NCBI RefSeq assembly: GCF_009914755.1
Contig: NC_060944.1
Reading direction: 5' to 3' (one strand)
Origin: the human T2T-CHM13v2.0 reference genome, Homo sapiens
DNA: 64,000 bases
In this document: positions 50,573-64,000 of the stretch, in pieces
Position numbering within the stretch: position 1 is the stretch's first letter
How the letters are laid out: each line of letters opens with the position of its first letter
Program-made: the position numbers and the translations under genes
Notes under the pieces: generated by a model
Seen by the model: only the letters and a program-made list of their open reading frames with translations
The model's database searches: none
What the model was told of the DNA's origin: nothing

Positions 50573-53029
50573 GTCTCAAGTTGCTCTGCCTCTGTAGGAA
50601 AACAGTGGTATCTGAGAGGTAAGAGTCAAAAAGATAAAAATAGCATGGCTGGATATGAAAGAGGTGGTTTCAGTTGCAAGCAATAGGAAACAGTCCCAGC
50701 TCACTTAAGTGGAAAAGGAATTCATTGGTGGGATATTGGGTATGGCTCATAGAATTGGGAAGGCTGAGGACCAGGCAGGAAGCTGGGCAGCAGGGACCAC
50801 AGGGACATTCTGGTTAGGATGATGCTGCTGGTTACTGCTGCTGTGAATGCATTCTCAATTGTAAATGCATCTTTGCTTCACTTCCTTAGGGTTCAGCATC
50901 CCAGGTAGGAGCATCTGCTTGGCCAATGCTGGGTCACATACAGGATCCTAGTTGCAGGAAGGGGAGAAGTTAAAGCTTCTCTCTTCCATCTGCGTTGGCT
51001 TCTTTCCTTCCTCCCCTCCCCATCCCACCAATAGTTACTTCTGGTTTCTCCAGGGCTGGGATTGAGAAGAGAGGAGACGTATGGTCAGGAAAGGTTGTAC
51101 TTGGCGGGTACTGTCATGAGCTGGTGTTACTAGTCTCTGGGATTGGCAGCTGTTCAAAGCTGAGTCTTAACTCTCCTTGACCGAATCTATCTTCCTTCTG
51201 TCTGGCCATCTGGTATTCTATCTCTTCTGTTGGGAATCCCATCCCAGCTGTTTCCTCCCAGTCATTCTTGGGAGAAATCCAAGATGACCCTGGTATGGCA
51301 CCCCTCCAAGGGCTGCTCAAAACCTATATTTTTCCTCAGCCTTTGGAGAAGGCCAGAAAGCATTTAATTTTATCAATCTCATACAATCTGGCTGCTTGTA
51401 TTGGAGGCAGTCGGCTGGTGTAAAGGTTCAGGGTGGCTTTAGAGCCCACTCTAATAAACATTGAGAAGCTTTGCTCTCTGCACTCATCTACACAGAAGCT
51501 GGCTTGATTTTATAAAGACCACCCCAGAACTATCTATCCAAGCTCCCAGACATGAGCCAAGGTGGAGATAGCCCAGAAGGAGACATAGATGGTTCTCTTG
51601 GAACAGGGTTTCTCCCAGAAAGGATTTTCAGACAATATAGAGTTTCTATCAATTTCTACCCTTTCCTAGAAAAAGAATAAAGCCTTCTAATGATATTTAA
51701 CACTTCTAAATTTCCACTTAGCCAAGAACAATGGTGCCCAGTCTGTCACAATTGACTGTGTTTTATTTGATTGTTATGTGAGCTTTCATTATGTTTCAAA
51801 GGCCTCATTTGCCATTTTAAATAAGCATTTATTGTTATTGTATATCAACCTATGAACTCAGGGCTCTTAGTTAATCTTGTCTTTTTATTTTTTTTATAAG
51901 ACATCTGAGTAAATGTAAATAAGGGTAACTTCAGCAGTTTAGGGGTCTCGATAGGTCAAACTAGAACCACAGAGACTGGGACTTGGCTCTAGCCTGATAT
52001 TAATAAGAAGGTCCTATCCCACATGATCTCCGCTTTCCCTGCCCCACTACCCCTGAGCTATGAAAGGTCAAGACACAGGCTTTTGAGAAAGGATGGAGGC
52101 CAAGGAGGACTTTACTAGGTAATTACTATTATCTCAAAGAAATAGAAAAGGTACCAATTGTCATTTCTTTATGATACTAAATTTTAGGAGAGATTTCTAA
52201 GATGTTCAAGGATGATGAATATATAAAATACTGGTTTTATTATACAAATGGATCTTGGGATAATATTAGTGTTGGAAGCTTTTGGGGTCTCTGCCTAATA
52301 GGAAGGATTTTTCTTTTTTTAATTTAGCCATTTGGGGGGTACGGATGATGCAGATATAAGAAGTCAAAGACATTCTTTGCATTTGAAGCAAAAGCATCTC
52401 AAATCGCTATTATCTTCACCATTACCATCGCCACCCATAATATCTTCATAAATCTTTATGCACATTCTTTATTACTTTCTTTAGATAAATTCTTCCAGGT
52501 AAAATGACTAGCTAAAAGCATATGAATTTTAAAACTTATTTTTAATGAAAAATTTTATATATTTTATAAAAGTAGAAAAAATAGTGTACAAAGATTTTAA
52601 AATCTTGTAACATGCATTGCTTAGCTGCCTTCTGGAAAGTACCATTAAGTTGCACCCTCATAAGTCTTGAGAATTCCCATATCCTGACATTGTGCACAGG
52701 ACTGGACTTTAAGTGTTTTTGCTCAATTCACTGAATGAGAAATGGCATCACATTGTTGTTTTAATTTTCATTGGTTTGTTTAGTAGTAAGGGTAAACATT
52801 TTTCCATATATTTTTGGTCATTTGTTTCATGATTTCTTTATTTATATACTCTGTTCAATTTGCCACTGCCTATTCCTTTCTTACTAATTTGCAAGAGGTC
52901 TTTAAAATTTAAGAATATTAACCCTTTTTCTGGTAAGCACATTGCAGTTATTTCAATTATTTTCTCATTTGTCTTTTGCCTTCCAATTTTCTTCATTATG
53001 TTTCTTGACATATTGAAATATTATATATA

Positions 53030-53694
<665 letters not shown>

Positions 53695-53696
<2 letters not shown>

Positions 53697-54317
53697 TGTC
53701 CCTTGATATATGCAGGGGATTGGTGTCTGACCTTCCAGGATACCAAAATATGCAAAAGTCAGCCCTTTGTATTGATAAAAGAGAAACTTTAGTTGAATTA
53801 AATTTAAAGGAGTTTAATTGAGCAATGAATGATTTGTGAATCGGCAGACCCCAGAATCACAGCAGATTCACAGAGACTCCAGCGCAGCCACATGGTGGAA
53901 GAAAATTTATAAACCAAAAAAGGAAATGACGTACAGACATCGGCAGAGAGGTACAGAAACAGCTGGATTGGTTCCAGGTTGGCGTTTGCCTCATTTGAAC
54001 ACAGTTTGAACACTTAGTCCTCTGAGTGTTTGAAGCACGGCTGCTGGGATTTGCCAAGACTCAGTTATCGTTACAGGCGCATGCTCCTAAGTTAGGTTCT
54101 CAATCTTGTCTGACTATTAAGCTAGGCTACAGTTCATCCACAAGGACTCAAATAGAGAAGCACAGAGTCCTTCTCAGACCATATTCAGTTTGCTTCAACA
54201 GTATACCTGGGTTTCTCATCCCTGAAATACTGTATTTTCAATCCACATTTGGTTGAAAAGCATTCACGTATAAGTTGACCTGTGCAGTTCAAACTTGTGT
54301 TATTCAAAGGCCAACTG
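53695..54317. mobile_element. MER2 (Tigger) MITE split by an LTR
   Basis: gttgtcccttgatatatgcaggggattgg...; resumes at 54205 with tactgtattttcaatcc...gttcaaacttgtgttattcaaaggccaactg. Confidence 0.75.
53773..54200 (-). mobile_element. MER57-like ERV1 solo LTR with 4-bp TSD GTAT
   Basis: ggagtttaattgagcaatgaatgatttgtgaatcgg...ctggattgg (CCAAT on minus)...gcttcaaca. GTAT at 53769-53772 and 54201-54204. Confidence 0.85.
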
Positions 54318-54964
54318 AAAAAAACTACATATTTAACACTTTAGTAGTTTCATTTCCTGTATTTAAAAATCTTTAATACGTCTGGGATTTTTTTGGGTAT
54401 GTGAATAGTACAAGATAGTATTCTTGGGATTTTTCCTTTTCAAGTAGTTAAATAATTTGAACAATCCTTATTAATGTAGTCTTTTCCTATTGATTTAAAG
54501 TGCTGCCATTATTACATACTAAATATTTATGTCTAAGGCTTTTTATTGTGTTCATTGATCTGTCTAATCTTGTACAGTACCCAAGTGGTTTTATAATTGA
54601 AACTGTATATAAGGTTTTACTTTTTGACGATTTACCCTGTCTCTAATTCTTCCAGCCAATATTTCCTCTTTTTCTAAATTTTTGGCTTCTCTCAGATGTT
54701 TATTCCCTAAACTTCAGAGTTGTTCTTACAATTTTATCAACTGCTTTAAATTTATAATTGATTTGGCATAATTTATATTTTTATATATTTAAGTCTTGCC
54801 CTCAGGAGCATTTTGTCACTTTCTCTTCTATGGAGGGAAGGGGCCATATTCTATGGCCTCGGTAAGGTTTGGATGTGTTCTTCATAAAATGTTTACTTGT
54901 TGATAATTAAATTTATTCTTGGAGATTTTATATTGTTGTTACAGCTATGAATAGAATTTCCTCC

Positions 54965-55000
<36 letters not shown>

Positions 55001-56467
55001 GATTATGGCATGTATATAGGAAGGTACTCATTTTTAATATGCATTTTGTAACCGCCAAATTTAATGAACTGTTTTATTAGTTCTAATACTTTAGAGTTGA
55101 TACTTGTGTTTTCTAAGTAGAAACTGACATCATTTACAATAACTATGATTCTGAATATTTTTCAACATTCTTTTTTTTTTCATTTTTCTCTCTCTTCCTC
55201 TCTCCCTTTTCTTCCTCTCTCCTTTTCTTTCTCTTTTTCCTTATATTTCCAGCACTTCTAGGATGATGTTAAGGTAATAATGAGCATCCTAACTCGGAAT
55301 AGAAATATCTCTTGCTTTTTAATTTAAATTACATATGATAATATTTCATTAGTTATTTTGCAACTCCCAGTAGTTGTGTATGTTCTATGGGAGTCTGCTC
55401 CCTTGGCTGTAGCTGATTGAGTCTTTTCAAGGATTTTTTGATTTGGAAGTAAGGGGACTAAAGAAGCCCCCTTTTGATTGTGGGAGCCATAGGACTAGAA
55501 GTCAGGAATTACAGCTCAACTAGATCCTTGCCATGTGAAGGACAGAATGAATCTAATACAGAAAACTGCACCCAGTGGAGAGAGTGCAGATGGCATGAGT
55601 GTCTGGCTGCAGCTGCCCTTGACACGCAGCTCTGGGGAGGGGATCTCATTCCTATAGTTATTTGAGTTGCCCCATTATCCTTCTAATAAATTCCCAAGGT
55701 AAGTTTAAATTTGGTTTTTGGTACTTCTAATCCTGAGAATATAGGTCCTCTCTCTTTTAAAAAATATTTCTTACACAATTAATGGTTTGCTGGAGTCGTC
55801 CAATTTCTCAACTCTTCTTTAGGAATATATAAATTACCCAAATTTACTTTACTGAGGATTTCAAATTGATTAGCAGAGAATTATCCCTAATTCTTTCTTA
55901 TGAGTAAAAATAAACTCACTACTTAATGTGAAAAAGCTCATATATGTTACCTAGTTTCTTTCTACGGTATTTTCTAGTATAAAACAATTATACTGTTAGA
56001 AGCACTGCATTTGAAAGATTATATTATGAAAAAATTGTTTCAATATGACAAAAGAAGGTTAGGAGTTAGACACTTTCAGATCTACAATAAATTATTTTTT
56101 CTACAGAAATATCAATAATAAAGGTTTATTTTTATTTCTGCAGGTATATTTTGTCATTGCAAATGAAAAATGAAAAAATTGATTTATCAATACCAACAGA
56201 AACAAACTCAAATATCTCCTTACTTGTCCTTATATTCTCACATGCAGGAACCTCCTATTCTCCTTGAGTCAACTTTGAACTTAACCTTACACTTTTGCTT
56301 GCAGCACAATTTATAAAAGTCAACAGTAAAAAAGAACCATAGAATGTGAGGATAAATGAAAGTACACATTCCTATGATAATACTCGAGCACTCACAGCAG
56401 GCTGCTGGGTCTTCTTATTCTCATTCAGTAGCTTGTCTAATTTTGAACCATTGGTGGTCCCCATAAT

Positions 56468-56918
56468 GTATATCAGTTAACTTTTACTGCATAACAAACC
56501 ACTTCAGAATGTAGTTCCTTAAAAAATTCAACATGATTTTGTGGTTTGGTGACTGGGGCTGGGTTCAGCTGGGAGATTCTTCTGGTTTTGGCTGGGCAGT
56601 CAGCTGCCAGGCCAGCTCAGGGCTGGTTGAACAAGGAGTGGGCTCAACTCAGTGGCTTATCTCTACTTCACATGGTCTCTGATTTTCTAGAAGGCTAGCC
56701 TGGCTTTGCTCACATTATGATGGCAGGGTTCTAAGAGAGAGGGAGAGGAAGTAAGGTTTCTTGAGACCTAGGCTTGGAACTGTACAAGGTCATCTCTGCC
56801 ATATTCTATTGGCCACAATTAAGCCAAAATAGACTCACTCTCTTCATGACAGGACTTAAAAAGTCACATTGCAAAGTGCATGGCTACAGTGAGGGGTGAG
56901 ATTTTAATATCTGCCATA
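56468..56918 (-). mobile_element. MLT1H-like LTR
   Basis: tatatcagttaacttttactgcataacaaaccac...gaaggctagcctggc...ctgccatattctattggcca. Confidence 0.7.
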
Positions 56919-57289
56919 TAATATGAATTGTGTTACTGTAGTTCACAATGCAAACTGTATCCCCAGTTAATCAACAGGTTACTTTCTGTTGATGGTGAAA
57001 AACTTACCAGAAGGATGTGTATATGTGTATGTGTTGTGTGTTTTTCAGTTTTCTGAATCATTACTTTTTGTTTGTATTTTTGTTAATTTATATGTGTCAA
57101 ACATAGAGTAGGCATTTAATAGATACATGCTGAATAAATTATTGCATGGTTTGTCTAATATTTTATAGCTAAGATTTGAGTTTTAAGTTTAGCAAATATT
57201 TTATATTCCTTTTTGTTTAATAGTAAAACATGGAATTAAGTAAATTTGTCCCTGAGTAGAGATTTAGTCACATACCATAGGAAATTTTT

Positions 57290-60560
<3,271 letters not shown>

Positions 60561-60888
60561 TTTTCACTTTTCAGACTTTTAACGCTTTTTTGCCCAACTG
60601 TACCGAGAAAAAGCTATACTGCCTAAAATGAGCCAGGATTGAGGTATCTCTGAAAGTCTTTTCGGAGACTCATTTACTTTCTCCCCAGATGGATCACTCT
60701 CTGTTTGGAGAGAGAATTTCAAACTCTGTGCTTTCTGTATGGTCCTATCTCCTCAGTATCTATGAGGACTCTTGAAGTTTCTGGCATGTATTTATTTAGC
60801 AAATACTTATTGAATACCTATTATTTTCCAGGTATTCTTCTAGGTACTTGTGATCCATCAGTGAATGAACAGATAGATAAATACCCCT

Positions 60889-61608
60889 GTTTTTTTAAAA
60901 AAAATTATTTGCGATAGCGGTAAAATATATGTAACATAAAATTTACCATATTAACCACTCTTAAGCACACAGTTCAATAGTGTTAAGCACATTCACACTG
61001 GTAGGCATCCAATCTCCAAAATTCTTTTCATCTTTCAAAACTGAAACTCTGTACCCATTAAACAACAACTTAAGTATTTTCTCTTCTTCCCAGCCCCTGG
61101 AAACGACCACTTTACTTTTTACCTCTATGGATTAGACTACTCTGGGTACCTCATATGCATGAAATCATACAGAATTTGTCCTTTTGTGTCTGGCTTCACT
61201 GAGCATAATGTTTTCAAGGTTCATCCATGTTTTAGGATGTGTCAGAATTTCCTTCCTTTTTAAGGCTAACATTCTATTGTATGTATATGCCACATTTTGT
61301 TTATTCATTTATCAATAAACACATAAGTTGCTTCTATCTTCCAGCGATTGTGAATAATGTTGCTATGAACATGGGTGTACAAATATCTCTTAGAGACCCT
61401 GCTTTTATTTCTTTTGGGTACATACCCAGAAGTAAAATTGCTAGATCATATGGTAGTTCTATTTTTAATTTTTTGAGGAACCACCCTGTTGTTTTCCACA
61501 GTAGTTGTACCATTTTACACTTCTACTAACAACACATAGGGGTTCCAATTTGTTCGCATACTCACCAACATTTGTTGTTTTCCATTTTTTTAACAGCAGC
61601 CATCCTAA
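60889..61608 (-). mobile_element. L1MB-type 3' fragment inserted in an L2
   Basis: taacataaaatttaccatattaacc...aaactctgtacccattaaacaac...gaacatgggtgtacaaatatctct. Decayed TSD aaatacccct / aattacccct. Confidence 0.85.
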
Positions 61609-62798
61609 TTACCCCTACTCTTATGGAACTCAGATTCTAACAGGAGTTAGAAGAGGAGAGAGATGACAAAAAACAAACGTAATATGCCATACGTTATGTA
61701 GTATTTTATAAGCTGATATAAACATAGAGCAGGAAAGGGGAGGATCAGGAATGGTGGTGGGAGGGGGTGAGATTGGTGCTAATTTAAACAGGTGATCAGG
61801 ATAGCTCCACCAGTCCACTGACAAGATGATGAGCAAAGACTTGAAGGAGGTAAGGAAGCTGACCTCAAATGGAAAACCTTCTGGTGTCTAGCCTTGTTGG
61901 GGCTGTTTCTTCTGAGTTTGGATTTTACTGTTCATTTGGACAGGTCTCTGCGGGTGGGGAAGTTAGGTGGGGTATTGTTTACGTGTGCTTGAGAAACTCC
62001 CATGCCTGAGAGCCCTCATCTCTTCTTGGCAAACCTTCATAGCTGGCTCTGTAATGGGGCCATTGTCATGCTGGGCCCAGACACAGGGTGAGGAGGTGAA
62101 CTAGGGTGAAAAGTGGCTTAGAGTCAGGTGGCTGGCAAGCTCTGGAGGCTGCTGATCAAGGTCAACCTGAGCTGGGATAAAGAGAACAGGGCTGATTGGG
62201 AGCATGTACAGGACACAGGTCAGGAACAGGCAGTAAATAAACATGAGGGGCACATGCAAAGCCTGAGCATAGGACAGGTTTCAAAGTTCCAGGCTAAGTC
62301 TGAGGCCCAATTTGGGAAATGGGGAGAGACTATGGGCAGCTTGGGGGATATCTGTGACTCATAGACTCATTAGACTATGAGATGGGGTTTGAGGGCTGGT
62401 GAGAGATCTTTGTATGACCGGAAGATCCAGGTGAGAGACTGGGTGACCAAGACAGTCAAAAACAGGGTGGAATTTGGATTCTGAGACGTTTGCCCCCAGC
62501 AGGGGGTGAAGGTGGATATATGGGATATGGGTGGCCAGCTGGCTGTAGTGGAAAGTGAGGCAGCAGAGGGGACACCCGCAGCAGTTCGCTCCTTGACACA
62601 AAAACTTCTCAGCCCTTCCTCAACTGTAACTTTTGTGGAAACTCTCATTGCCTCTCCCGGTGTGCTTCCTCCTGCACCTTTCTCTTGAGAACAGGCTCTG
62701 CCTCTTAACTACAGTGGTCCAGCCTGAGTATTCCATCCCCAGCCGCCATGATGACTTCATGGTAGAAATGGCCACAGTTGGAGAAATCAGAGTCTTTG

Positions 62799-63017
62799 TC
62801 CAGGAATTTTTTCTTTTTTCTTTTCTTTTTTTTTGTAAATGAATTGATACTGGTTATTTATTTGTTTGTGGTTTAGTCAGTTAAATTTTGCATTCTTTGC
62901 AATACAAACTCTTCAGGTATCAGTTCCTCACCATCTACCTCCCATATACCTCTCATCCTTCCACAAGCTTTTACCTATATAAAGGCCAAATATCTCCTCA
63001 CAATATTAACAAAACTT

Positions 63018-63048
<31 letters not shown>

Positions 63049-63346
63049 TTATACTTTAAGTTCTAGGGTACCATCATTCTCAGCAAACTATCGCAAGGAC
63101 AAAAAACCAAACACCGCATGTTCTCACTCATAGGTGGGAACTGAACAATGAGAACACTTGGACACAGGAAGGGGAACATCACACACAAGGGCCTGTTGTG
63201 GGGTCAGGGGAGGGGGGAGGGAAAGCATTAGGAGATATACCTAATATAGATGACGAGTTAATGGGTGCAGCACACCAACATGGTACATGTATACATATGT
63301 AACAAACCTGCACGTTGTGCACATGTGCTCTCCAGGAATTTTTTCT
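62799..63346 (-). mobile_element. L1PA4-like 3' fragment with 5' inversion and 3' transduction, 16-bp TSD
   Basis: TSD tccaggaattttttct at 62799-62814 and 63331-63346; poly-T 62815-62834; non-L1 segment 62835-~63016; second poly-T and L1 3' end 63038-63070; inverted L1 63071-63326. Confidence 0.9.
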
Positions 63347-63456
63347 AATTTGAGCTAGCAGGGAGGTCACTCTTGTCTGTTTCATGGAGCTAGAAGGGTG
63401 TGAATCTATGATTGCTGGTGACTAAATTCTCTGCTTCTTGGAGAGAGTCTGTCTGC

Positions 63457-63560
63457 AGGGAGAGGGGAAGAGGGAAAAGGAGAGGCAGAGGGAGAAGGGG
63501 AGGGAGTGGGGAAGGGGGAGGGGAGGGGGAGAGGGAAGGGAGGGGGAGAAGAGGGGGAGG
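63457..63560 (+). repeat. G-rich polypurine tract (GGGA-type)
   Basis: ggggagggagtggggaagggggaggggagggggagagggaagggagggggag. Confidence 0.9.
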
Positions 63561-63654
63561 TAAGTTGGTTTTCAGTTACTGAGGTCTCCTATCTGCCTGT
63601 ATTCCTAAAACTCTGCTTTGCATCCTTGAGCTACCTCAGGATCCTTCTCCCTAG

Positions 63655-63965
63655 ATTCTCCTTTCCTCCCCTCCCTTTTCTCCCTTCCCTCCCTCCCTCC
63701 TTCCTTCCTTCCTTCCTTCCTCCCTCCCTCCCTCTTTCTTTACTTCTTTTGTCTCTTTCTCTTTCTTTCTCTCTCTTTCCTTCCTTCTTTCTCTCTCTCT
63801 CTTTCACTCCCTCCCTTCCTTCCTCTCTTTTTCTTTCTTTTTTCTTCTTTTCTTTTCTCCTTCCTTCCTTCCCTTCCTTCTTTCTTTCTTTTTCTTTCTT
63901 TCTTTCTCTCTCTCTTTCTTTTTCTTTCTTTCTCTCTCTCTTTCTTTTTCTTTCTTTCTCTCTCC

Positions 63966-64000
<35 letters not shown>
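63655..64000 (+). repeat. Long polypyrimidine tract (CCTT/TTTC/CT)n running off the window end
   Basis: Almost purine-free for ~345 bp. Confidence 0.95.

Overview
Primate (most likely human or hominoid) non-coding genomic DNA: CpG-depleted, with no CpG island and no credible protein-coding gene. More than half is interspersed repeat: Alu, L1 (L1PA/PB/MA/MB/MC/ME-type), L2, MIR, L3, MaLR (THE1, MLT1), ERVL (LTR16/LTR33/LTR47), ERV1 LTRs, and hAT/Tigger MITEs. The ORF track holds only decayed L1 ORF2 fragments, Alu read-throughs and low-complexity artefacts. I found no new gene system. The three most notable structures are: (1) a 1.57-kb two-LTR miniature provirus with tRNA-Leu PBS, PPT and 4-bp TSD but only ~340 bp of internal sequence (3352-4918); (2) a ~315-bp inverted local duplication pasted into an LTR16, creating a long inverted repeat (9190-10186); (3) a young twin-primed L1PA carrying a ~180-bp 3' transduction with its own poly(A) signal, inside a 16-bp TSD (62799-63346). 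Subfamily names come from my recall of consensus sequences and need RepeatMasker/Dfam confirmation. Boundaries of old repeats are approximate, and identity values are visual estimates.
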